In this document: positions 40,360 through 51,249 of the stretch, in pieces
How positions within the stretch are numbered: the first letter of the stretch is position 1
How the letters are laid out: each line of letters starts with the position of its first letter
DNA from: Octopus sinensis
Lineage: Eukaryota
Reading direction: 5' to 3'
DNA: 64,000 nt
Assembly (NCBI RefSeq): GCF_006345805.1
Contig: NC_043004.1
Coordinates: 68,696,001 to 68,760,000 of the forward strand
Made by a program: the position numbers and the translations under genes
Notes under the pieces: model-generated
Seen by the model: only the letters and a program-made list of their open reading frames with translations
What the model was told of the DNA's origin: nothing
Database searches by the model: none

Positions 40360-40391
<32 letters not shown>

Positions 40392-40789
40392 TGTATGTGT
40401 GTGTATATGTTTGCGTGTCTGTGATTGTCCTCCCAACATCGCTTGACAATCGATTCTGGTGTATTTACATCCTCGTAACTTAGCGGTTCGGCAAAAGAGA
40501 CCGATAGAATAAGTACTAGTCTTCTAAAAATAAGTCCTGGGTCGATTTGCTCGACTAAAGGCGGTGCTCCGGCATGGCCACAGTCAAATGACCAAAACAA
40601 GTAAAATAGAGTAAAAGAATAAAAGAGATATGTGGTCTTCGAGACGGTTTAAAAGCTTTAATTGAAATGCTATGGTCACGTGTCTTTGGAAAGATCTTTC
40701 TCTGCGGAATCGGGAAAAGGGAGAAAGAAACAATGGCGGGGTCCATATCCATTCTTGTTGTCCATATAAGACTTTTGGGGTTTCACGGA

Positions 40790-41050
40790 TGCAATATAGT
40801 AAATTGGGGTCCACACTAATTTTTCAGTGCCCATGAAAATGTTGTGCTTCAGACCAGAAAAGTTTATGCGCAATAAATTTGTTATACGACCACAATGCAC
40901 AAAATATTTTAACGTTTTTTATAGAATACCTAATAATATTTAATTATAAAAATATAATTGTTTTTTTAAACATCGAATGCCTAATGTGGTCCACCCAAGT
41001 AAACTCGGAATCAAAGGGGCCCATAGGTAAAAATGGTTGGGAACACCCAG
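40790..41050. mobile_element. Possible hAT (Charlie-type) non-autonomous element end
   Basis: Terminal ggggccc...aaatggttgggaacaccc followed by agtctag resembles Charlie-type ends and targets; no partner end identified. Confidence 0.35.
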
Positions 41051-41229
41051 TCTAGTCGAACAAATGAATCCCAAGCGATCAAATTCACTTAAAGAACGGT
41101 TTTTTGTTTTTGTGAAGAAAATTGAACACGCATAACGAGCTGAAATTTGATCGACAAATTCCGAGCAGATTATGAGCGCATATACGAAATTAGTAGGAGC
41201 TGATTCGTATAACGTTGTACGTACGTCGC

Positions 41230-41515
41230 CTAACCAGGCTCATGGGTCCGGTTTCCCGGTTTCTGTGGCGTATGTGTTCCCCCCAGCAGGACGGGACGTC
41301 AGTCCGTCGCAGCGTTACTCAAGAAAGAGGAAGACAGAGTGAGAGAAAGCTGTGGCGAAAGAGTACAACGGGCGTCGCCACCACCCCATGTCGGAGTCTC
41401 GTGGACCTTTTATGCTTTCGCTCAATAAACACACACAACGCCCAATCTGGGAATCGAAACCACGATCCTCTGACTGCGAGTCCGCTGCCCTAACCACTGG
41501 GCCATTGCGCCTTCA
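41230..41515 (-). mobile_element. tRNA-derived SINE (family 2 variant)
   Basis: Minus head aaggcgcaatggcccagtggttaggg...gtttcgattcc. Confidence 0.8.
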
Positions 41516-42147
41516 CATTCGTATAACGTGCAGTTGTTTTTTTATCTACAAATCATGACATCGCAACAGTGTAAGTGCTGGGAGTGCATATACGAACAGC
41601 ACGTTACATCAAAAAATTCATATAACGTAACAGTTTTGAGAAGAAAATTATATTCAGCAAACGAAGTGAAATATGAAAAGAACAAACAACGAGTATACAT
41701 ACGTACGCATATAGGTGGCTGGGAGAGAGTATACACACGGTTCGTTAATATTCATGCACGCATATCATGTGCTTCGCAAATTTTCACATTTGATACAGAA
41801 AATAATATTTCTCATATTTTTTGATTAAAACGAAAGCATGAGGAAAGGAAAAGTGCGTGCATGCGCGCACGGAGATATATTTATGCATTTACTATTACTG
41901 GTTGGACAAATAAAACATCATTTCATGACCGTATCTGGCGTTTGAGTGTGGTTTCCCTACTCATATAACGAACAATTCGGTTAACGAACAGGGCCCAGAA
42001 TGTACTGTGTTCGTATATAGAAACTTCACTGTGTTTTTCTTTTATGACTGATACTTGTTCTGCCTCTTTAGCCGAATTGCTAAGTAACGGGCCATAAACC
42101 AGCCAAAAGTGGTTATCAAGCGTTGATGGAATGACAAAAACAAATAC

Positions 42148-42783
42148 AAGGCTGTGAGCTGGCAGAGACGTTAGCACTCCGGGCGGAAATGCTGAGCGGT
42201 ATTTCGCCTGCCGCTACGTTCTGAGTTCAAATTCCGCCGATGTCGACTTTGCCTTTCATTCTTTCAGGGTCGATTAATTAAGTACCAGTTACGCACTGGG
42301 GTCGATATAATCGACTTAATCCGTCTGTCTGTCCTTGTTTGTCTCCTCTGTGTTTAGCCCCTTCTGGGTAGTAAAGAAATAGGTATTTCGTCTGCCGTTA
42401 CGTTCTGAGTTCAAATTCCGCCGAGGTCGACTTTGCCTTTCATCGTTTCGGGGTCGATAAATTAAGTACCAGTTACGCACTAGGGTCGATCTAATCGACT
42501 TAAACCCTATGTCTGTCCTTGTTTGTTCCCTCTATGTTTAGCCCCATGTGGGCTATAAAGAAATAAGAAACGCTAACAAGCCGGGCGATATGCTTAGCGT
42601 TATTTCGTCTACCGCTATGTTCTGAGTTCAAATTCCGCCTAGGTCGAGTTTGCCTTTCATCCTTTCAGGGTCGATTAAATAAGTACCAGTTACGCACTGG
42701 GGTCGATATAATCGATTTAATCCGTTTGTCTGTCCCTGTTTGTTCCCTCTATGTTTAGCACCTTGTGGGCAATAAAGAAATAA
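42148..42783 (+). mobile_element. Tandem trimer of SINE family 1 (subfamily with gccc..tgtggg.aataaagaaa tail)
   Basis: Three head-to-tail copies with the gttctgagttcaaattccgcc B-box at ~42217, ~42403 and ~42619. Confidence 0.9.
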
Positions 42784-43580
42784 AAAAACAAACACAATCA
42801 CAGACACATATTTACATATGAGGAGCTTTCAAGTAGTTTCTGTCAACCAACTTGACTTACGGGGCACTGATGGGCTCCAGGCCAAACAAAGGGAGAGCAT
42901 TTTAGATGTACTAAAAGTAAAAAATTGGGTTCGTCCTGTTAGGTAGTTTCTGATAATTCCTCTGCACGATTGGTGCTGATGCAGATGTGGCGCAGCAGCA
43001 AAATGGAGGAAAAACAAATACTACAAAACAAAATGAATATTACATTTCAGGCATTATTGAAAACACGATGGGGAAATGCTTAGCAGTATTTCTTCTGTTT
43101 TCATGTTCTGAGTTCAAATTCCGTAGTGATCGACTTTGCCTTTCATCTTTTCGGAGTGGATAAATTAAGTACCAGTTTCGTGCTGGTGTCGATCTAATCG
43201 ACTGGCCTCCTCCCACCAAATTTCTGGCCTTGTGCCCTGAGTAGAAAAGATTAGTTAAAAATACGATAAAAGAATAAAAAAAGATATCAAAAAAATTTGG
43301 GACAACTTATAAATTTGTAGTGAACCATCAAGACTTTATGATACGCACGCAGACACAAACACAGACACACACACAAACGCACACACAAACAAATACTCGC
43401 GTACGCACGCACACACACATACATATACGCACATATAAGTATTCATATATAGACATATACATATGTATTCATGTATATGTATCTCTCTCTCTCTCTGTAT
43501 ATATATATATATATTATGTGGTGTGTGTGTGTGTGTGTGTGTTTATGTGTATGTGTGTTTGGGTGTGTGTGTGTGAGTGT

Positions 43581-43943
43581 GGAGGCGCAATGACCCAGTG
43601 GTTAGGACAGCGGACTCGCGGTTTCGATTCCTAGTGCGGGTGTTGTGAGTGTTTATTAAGCGAAAATACTTAAAGCTCCACGATGCACTGGCATGGTGTG
43701 CTAGCGCACCCTGCTCTGGTTTTTCATCACAACTTTCTCTCATTCTTTCTTCTTGTTCTGTTGTACCTGTATTTCAAAGGGCCAGCCTTATCACACCCTG
43801 AGTCACGCTGAATCACCTCGAGATCTACGTTAAGGCTACATGTGTCTGTGGAGTGCTCAGCCACTTACACGTAAATTTCAGGAACAGGCTGTTCCGTTGA
43901 TTGGATAAACTGGAATCCACGTCTTCGTAACTGACGGAGTGCC
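43581..43943 (+). mobile_element. tRNA-derived SINE (family 2)
   Basis: ggaggcgcaatgacccagtggttagg head; ends gtaactgacggagtgcc. Confidence 0.85.
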
Positions 43944-43956
43944 GTAGTAATATTTA

Positions 43957-44030
<74 letters not shown>

Positions 44031-44067
44031 ATACATATGTATAATGTATATCTATATATATATATAT

Positions 44068-44100
<33 letters not shown>

Positions 44101-44257
44101 GTATATATATAAGTATACACATATATTATATATATATATATTAATATATATATATAATATCTAATAATATATATATATATATATCTGCATACACATGTAT
44201 ATATTATATATATATATAATATAATATATATATATATATATATATGCATACATAGTA

Positions 44258-44290
<33 letters not shown>

Positions 44291-44407
44291 GATATCTAAT
44301 GAAATGAAGCGAACATAATTTAATGAAATGTGATTTATTTCTCTCCTATTTTATATTTCTTAGAAAATAGAAATGAATTGGTGAATCTGTGTATGTGTGT
44401 GCATGTG

Positions 44408-44441
<34 letters not shown>

Positions 44442-45123
44442 CTTTACTGAAAAAAAACCACAAAATTTTACTGTCTTAATTTTTCTCTCCAGAGATGGTG
44501 TATAGGTGACAGACAGGAATTGTCTCCATATATCTTACTGTTGCTTGACAGCTGCCTATAAGTCTAATGAATAACTGCACACCACGCTCAAACATATACA
44601 TTAATATGCAAACATATATACTTACACACACGCACACACACACGCAATACCAAATTGTCTCACATCAGAATTATTATCGTCGAAAGCATCATCATCATAA
44701 CTTGTGGGTGTGTGTGTGGCGGTTGCTGTTTTGGGTCAGAGTAGCGAATTCTTTTGTTCGATTCAAGTACTAGTAGCATGTTGTATATTTAGCAAAAATT
44801 CCCATAATCACATGTCCTCTTATCTTCTAAAAATGTACCATCTCAATGTCCGTGCAATGCTCTTTCCCTAAAGCTACCAAATCTTTATGGTTCTCCTCGG
44901 CGGAGGGTTGGGTGCACCTAGAAGATATCGATCTTTGGTCGGGCATAAATCTAATGAGCGAAAGCATCATGGTAAAAGCTGCCAGATCATGCGAGTTGCT
45001 GCATGCGAGCCACGCAAACACACGTACGCACACACATACTCAAAGGCATGCATGTCTGTCTGTCTGTCAGTGTGTATATGTGCATGTACTTGCCTACGTA
45101 CGTATGTATGGATGGATGTGTCA

Positions 45124-45162
<39 letters not shown>

Positions 45163-45213
45163 GATATTATAATATATATATATATATATTATATATATGT
45201 GTGTGTGTGTGTA

Positions 45214-45422
45214 CAGGGTGTCCCAGATTGTCGCGCACCATTCTGGTTTTCCTTAAAAATAACTAAAGCATTTTATTTTAATATATTTTCTGTATGTTTT
45301 ATTGTAGAGAGTGCTCAATTTGAGCATTTGCTACGATTAATTTCAATAAAATGTTTTGGAAATCAATAAGGGTGTATTCTTTTAAAAAAACCAGGATGGT
45401 GCGCAACATCTGGGACACCCTG
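45214..45422. mobile_element. Tc1/mariner-type MITE
   Basis: TA-CAGGGTGTCCCAGAT..GCGCACCAT..CTGGTTTT TIR is mirrored at the other end; TA at 45212-13 and 45423-24. Confidence 0.9.
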
Positions 45423-45605
45423 TATATATATATATATATATAATAATATATTATAATATATGATATATATATATATATATATATTTATGGTATATATATA
45501 TATATATTTATGTATATATATTTATTTATGTATATATATATATATATATATATGTATAGTGTTATTATATATATATATTATATTATGTATATATATATAT
45601 ATATG

Positions 45606-45636
<31 letters not shown>

Positions 45637-45674
45637 CATATATATATACGTATGTATATACGTATGTATATATG

Positions 45675-45713
<39 letters not shown>

Positions 45714-46471
45714 TCATATGTGAATGCTATCATTTATGACAAGCTATACATGCTTACGAGAAGTCAATATTGAAATGAAAGCTTACTCAATAATTTTTAG
45801 TGGAGCACATGTTTATAACAATTCAACAAGGTAAACGTTGACAGTGACTTCGAAGTTTCAGATTGATGGCCGTTGTAAGTCTCACTAACGCGTGCAAGCC
45901 AAAATTTGGGAGTGATCCTTCTAAAAATTGAATAAACGCATACATACGCTTTAAAAGGTTTGCAGGTGAAGTGCAAAGGGTTGCCAAAAATTTGGTGACA
46001 ATAGAAATTTTTCAGCACTCAAGTTTTACACACACACCACACACACATACACAAACACATACACATACACACACTCAAAGACACACACGTATGTAATATA
46101 TGTGTGCATGTATATATATATATATATATATAAAACATTATATACATACACACATATGTATATATATATATGTGTGTATAAATATATATATGCGTATATA
46201 CACACAACATATATGAATACAAATATATATAAAATGCATATATTTCTCCTTTCTCTCCTTCTTCCCTCTCTCTCTGTATATATATATATATATATAATAA
46301 TAATAAATATTAGGAATAAATCCAAATTACAGGGAGGAAAAAATCAGATTTAGGATTAAATCCAATTTTATAGTAAAATTATAAAATATTATTAGAGACA
46401 AAACACTATTTTGCAAAACAAACAAGAAAGACTTAATCAATACATAAAATTTAATAAAAGTCAAAAAACCG

Positions 46472-46513
46472 CCAATACAATTGTTCTTGTCTTGATCGAC
46501 AATCTTCAGGTGG
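46472..46513 (-). ncRNA. Minimal type I HHR, family E copy 1 (GAA instead of GAAA in this assembly)
   Basis: CCAC-CTGAAGA-TTGTC-GATCAA-GACAA-GAA-CAATTG-TA-TTGG on the minus strand. Confidence 0.7.
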
Positions 46514-46569
46514 ACTTCCAATAAGTCAGTTTCAAATTGTTATAATTTGAAAAACTGACTATTGGAAGT

Positions 46570-46614
46570 CCACCTGAAGATGTCGATCAAGACAAGAAGA
46601 AACAATGGTAGTGG
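46570..46614 (+). ncRNA. Minimal type I HHR, family E copy 2 (small indels)
   Basis: CCAC-CTGAAGA-TGTC-GATCAA-GACA-AGAA-GAAA-CAATGG-TA-GTGG; helix I CCAC/GUGG. Confidence 0.65.
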
Positions 46615-46697
46615 CGGGTTTTTTTGACATTTATTAAAATTTATGTATTGATTAAGTCTTCTTGTTTGTTTTGCAAAATAGTGGTTTGTCTCTAATA

Positions 46698-46728
<31 letters not shown>

Positions 46729-46861
46729 TTATAAGTATACGCAGGAATATTCACGCATACACACACACATGAAGCACGAAGGGTTGCCAAAGATTTGGGA
46801 CAGTAGAAACTTTTTAGCACTCCAAGTATACACACACATATGTAATATATGTATCCATGTA

Positions 46862-46944
<83 letters not shown>

Positions 46945-48338
46945 GTATATATATATGTATATATACCACAAATGTATATATGTATATGTGTATAATTATA
47001 TATGTAACACACATGTATAAATGTACAAATACAAATATATAAAAATGCATACATATGCATATATAAAGATAAATATATTTCTCTTTCTCTCTCTCTCTCT
47101 CTTTAGATATACATGTATATTTATAAATATGCGCATCAATATTCACGCATACGCACACAGATATGCATTCACACACACACACACATATATATATACATAT
47201 ACATATACATACATACATACATAATACATATATATATATACATATATATAATATACATATATATATAGATATATACATACATATATACATATACATATAT
47301 ATATATGTATATATCATGATGTTGAAAACAGTTTGACGTTATGTTGTGAGATGAAATATAAGAAAATATTTAGAATATGAAACATTAAGATTGACAGCAA
47401 AAAAACTATGCGAATATGATATATAAACACTGCAAAAAATAAAGCCAAAACGCTAGCAAAAATAATGGGAGGAGCACCGACAGTACACGCAGTAATACTA
47501 GCAATAACATCAGGAACAACAGCAACAATAACAACAACATAAGCAATGGAATCAACACGAAGTGTCAAGCCATGAGTCCGCAATAAAATGGTGTCATTTG
47601 GTTACAGTGAAATACGACTGCAAGTTTTTTTGTGCAAACTTCTTTTTCGGCTTTGCTGTTATTTTGGTTGCAGAGCGGTGGGGTAGGCATGAAGAAGCGG
47701 TGGTGAGACATATTTCAGCGAAGGTTGTATGGGGAGCGAGGTATTGATGCGAGTCTAGAATGAAGGATGTATATGGTATTTCTTAAAGCATCACAAGTAA
47801 AGACATATTTTGAGCAACGAAAATGACAAAAATGAAAGTAGGCGATGGAGAAGGGAAAGATTGGGGAAACGGAAAAGAGGTAAAGAGACAAAGAAGGAAA
47901 GCGAGAGAGAGAGAGAGATGGGGACGAAATGAGAGAAAGGTGGAAGGGGAGAGAGAGAGAGAGAGAGGAAGGAGAGAGAGAGGGGAGTCTGTTGGGAAAT
48001 ACGAGAAATGTCATACGTGTGTTATCAATAATCAAAAAAAAATTTTATTACCTCCCCTATTCAGTGATGTTAAATGTGCGTAATAGAATGATATGTAGGT
48101 ATTTGTATATACTGGCCTTCGTCTATGCAAGAGTATGTGAACATTTAGGAATGCATAAATATGTGCTGCATACCGAGTGTCTGTGTGTATGTATATATAT
48201 ATATATTTATATACATACACACACACAGATAAGAATGTGTATGAATGTACACACAAACACACGCATATATATACATACACCATATATACATATGTATATA
48301 TATGTGTGTGTGAGTATATATATATGCATATATATATA

Positions 48339-48376
<38 letters not shown>

Positions 48377-48419
48377 CATATATATACACATACATTTATA
48401 TGGTTATATGTGTGCGTGA

Positions 48420-48480
48420 TTTATTATTATCATTTATTATTATTATTATAATTATAATATTATTATTATTATTATTATTA

Positions 48481-48517
<37 letters not shown>

Positions 48518-48650
48518 CATTATTATTATTATTGTTATTATTATTATTATATATTATTATTATTATTATTGTAGTATTATTGTTATTATTATTTATTATT
48601 ATTATTATTATTATCATATATTATTATTGTTATTATTATTATTATTATTA

Positions 48651-48686
<36 letters not shown>

Positions 48687-48730
48687 CATTATTATTGTTG
48701 TATGTTGTTTGTTATTGCTATTATAATTAT
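48420..48730. repeat. (TTA)n tract
   Basis: Directly visible. Confidence 0.95.
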
Positions 48731-49385
48731 TTACTTCGATTTCATGTTTCATTCTGGTAATATGTGTGTGTGTGAATAATAGGATATGTAGGTAGGTTAT
48801 ATATATATATATATAATTTCAACAATTGAGGGCAAAATTAATTAATTATTAATCAATCTCACCAAGTGTTCAGTATGCAAAGGGACCATTCAAGGCGAAT
48901 CAAATTATTACATTATATAAAAGGGCTTAGTAAAATAAATTACTTTGCCGCAACTGAAACTCATTAGAAATAGCAGCTAAAAAACTTTTTTAAAGCTATT
49001 TCTAATACTTAAAGAAAATCTCTTCATATATAGTGTTTGCTTAATTCAACTCACAAAAGTTTGGGGGTAAGGACATCGAAAATCAAATGCTAAGGTTATT
49101 TGAGAACGCCTTGAATGGTCCCTTTGCATACTGAACACTTGGTGAGATTGATTAATAATTAATTAATTTTGCCCTCAATGTTGAAATTATAATAATCTCC
49201 CTCTGATATGTTCGGATTTTACCGAAATAAGCATAGGTTTGATGATTTAACCCACGCTGGTGGAAAGGGGGAGAACAGAGATTCTTCGCTTGCTTATTTG
49301 AATTTGTTGGCACTGTTAGTTACGAGCAGATCTTCGAAAGGTATGTTCTTATTTTCAGTGTTCCAAATCCAAACCAAGGAATTTC

Positions 49386-49437
49386 TGAGCTGATGATAGA
49401 AGTGTTTGTTGACTAATCTTGAAACGACGTTCTCAAA
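49386..49437 (+). ncRNA. Minimal type I HHR motif, family C copy 1
   Basis: TGAG-CTGATGA(49390)..GAAA(49421)-CGACG-TT-CTCA; one base is missing in helix III. Confidence 0.55.
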
Positions 49438-49926
49438 TAACCTTAGCATTTGTTTTTTCGATGTCCTTACCCCCAACTTTTGTGAGTTGAATTAAGCAAA
49501 CACTATATATGAGAGAGATTTTCTTTAAGTATTAGAAATAGCTTTAAAAAGTTTTTTAGCTGCTATTTCTAATGAGTTCAGTATGCGGCAAAGTAAGTTT
49601 TTATTTTACTAAGCCCTTTATATAATGTAATAATTTGAATTCGCCTTGAATGGTCCCTTTGCATACTGAACACTTGGTGAGATTGATTAATAATTAATAA
49701 TTTTTGCCCTCAATTGTTGAAATTATAATTAATCTCCCTCTGATTAATAATGCTTCGGATTTTACCGAAATAAGCATAGTGTTGATGATTTAACCCACGC
49801 TGGTGGAAAGGGGAGAACAGAGATTCTTCGCTTGCTTATGTGAATTTGTTGGCACTGTTAGTTACGAGCAGATCTCGAAAGGGTTATGTTCTATTTTCAG
49901 TGTTTCCAAATCAAACCAAGGAATTT

Positions 49927-49979
49927 CTGAGCTGATGATGAAGTGTTGTTTGACTAATCTTGAAACGTACGTTCTCAAA
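49927..49979 (+). ncRNA. Minimal type I HHR motif, family C copy 2
   Basis: CTGATGA 49932, GAAA 49962, palindromic AACGTACGTT, GUU triplet, predicted cut after 49973. Confidence 0.65.
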
Positions 49980-50466
49980 TAACCTTAGCATTTGATTTTT
50001 CGATGTCCTTACCCCCAAAACTTTTGTGAGTTGAATTAAGCAAACACTATATATGAGAGAGATTTCTTTAAGTATTAGAAATAGCTTTAAAAAAGTTTTT
50101 TAGCTGCTATTCTAATGAGTTCAGTATGCGGCAAAGTAATTTATTTTACTAAGCCCTTTTATATAATGTAATAATTTGAATTCGCCTTGAATGGTCCCTT
50201 TGCATACTGAACACTTGGTGAGAGTTGATTAATAATTATTAATTTTGCCCCTCAATTGTTGAAATTATAATTAATCTCCCTCTATTAATGCTTCGGATTT
50301 TACGAAAATAAGCATAGTGTTTGATGATTTAACCCACGCTGGTGGAAGGGGGAGAACAGAGATTCTTCGCTTGCTTATTTGAATTTGTTGGCACTGTTAG
50401 TTACGAGCAGATCTTCGAACGGGTATGTTCTTTTTTCAGTATTTCCAAATCCAAACCAAGGAATTT

Positions 50467-50519
50467 CTGAGCTGATGATAGAAGTGTGTTTGACTAATCT
50501 TGAAACGTACGTTCTCAAA
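50467..50519 (+). ncRNA. Minimal type I HHR motif, family C copy 3
   Basis: CTGATGA 50472, GAAA 50502, AACGTACGTT, predicted cut after 50513; helix II imperfect. Confidence 0.65.
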
Positions 50520-50750
50520 TAACCTTAGCATTTGATTTTTCGATGTCCTTACCCCAAACTTTTGTGAGTTGAATAAGCAAACACTATATATGAGAGAGAT
50601 TTTCTTAAGTATTAGAAATAGCTTTAAAAAAGTTTTTTTAGCTGCTATTTCTAATGAGTTCAGTATGCGGGCAAAGTAATTTATTTTACTAAGCCCTTTT
50701 ATATAATATATATATATATATATATAATATATATATATATATAGATATTA

Positions 50751-50837
<87 letters not shown>

Positions 50838-51249
50838 TATATATATAAATATATGTATATATATGTATATATGTGTATGTATGTTTGTATGTATATATAT
50901 ATATATAAAACGACACTTAAACAGACAAATATGCTTACAAACACGCGCATACATATATTATGGCAGACGTATGTAAACACATATACATGCATAATTTATT
51001 TCGTAAATGTAAATAACCCCAATCTGTTTCTGAAACGAGGGATATATTCATACGGCACGGAATGTCTTCACCCCAAATGGAGGTCAGCAATTGGTTAAAA
51101 TTGCCGAAATGCTTGAAATTAAAGTGGAAATATGCTGCAACATATAGAATTTTCTCAATAAAGCCAAGAAAAAATGATGTTTTATAAACACATTCTACCA
51201 GTATACGAAGTTTAAAAGTGTTTAGTTAACTAGAAATTGTGTTGACATG

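Larger units (their letters stand above)
38693..40364. mobile_element. Tandem/inverted array of ~474-bp HHR-bearing non-coding units (family B; Penelope pseudo-LTR or retrozyme-like)
   Basis: attaatcaatttag recurs at 38693 and 39167 (period 474). Inversion junction at ~39356; ~1.4 units left arm, ~2.1 units right arm. Confidence 0.92.
38485..40626 (+). mobile_element. SINE family 3 split at its internal (TA)n by the family B array (halves 38485-38692 and 40365-40626)
   Basis: The two halves join into a collinear full-length SINE. Confidence 0.9.
46295..46706. mobile_element. Palindromic Penelope-like insertion (family E) in (TA)n, arms ~160 bp
   Basis: 46378-46540 mirrors 46544-46706 around tttcaaattgttataatttgaaa. 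Confidence 0.88.
48812..50707. mobile_element. Tandem/inverted array of ~540-bp HHR-bearing non-coding units (family C) inside (TA)n
   Basis: cgccttgaatgg recurs at 49107, 49642 and 50183. A ~296-bp inverted left arm joins at 49107-49108. Confidence 0.92.

Noticed and set aside
42148-42783. Regularly recurring ~25-35-nt motifs resembling a CRISPR array or a tRNA cluster
   Set aside because: Intervening sequences are homologous to each other (SINE bodies), there are no cas genes, and the context is eukaryotic. The heads have A/B boxes but no complete cloverleaf.
49208-49476. Short ORFs inside family C units
   Set aside because: Not preserved across the three tandem copies as assembled, and no recognisable motif; the units look non-coding.
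2073-50954. Dozens of ORFs made of YI, IYLS, poly-L, poly-I, poly-R or poly-S repeats (e.g. 2073-2630, 30277-30861, 47929-48726)
   Set aside because: They are stop-free translations of (TA)n, (CTAT)n, (TTA)n, (CTT)n and (GAT)n microsatellites, not genes.
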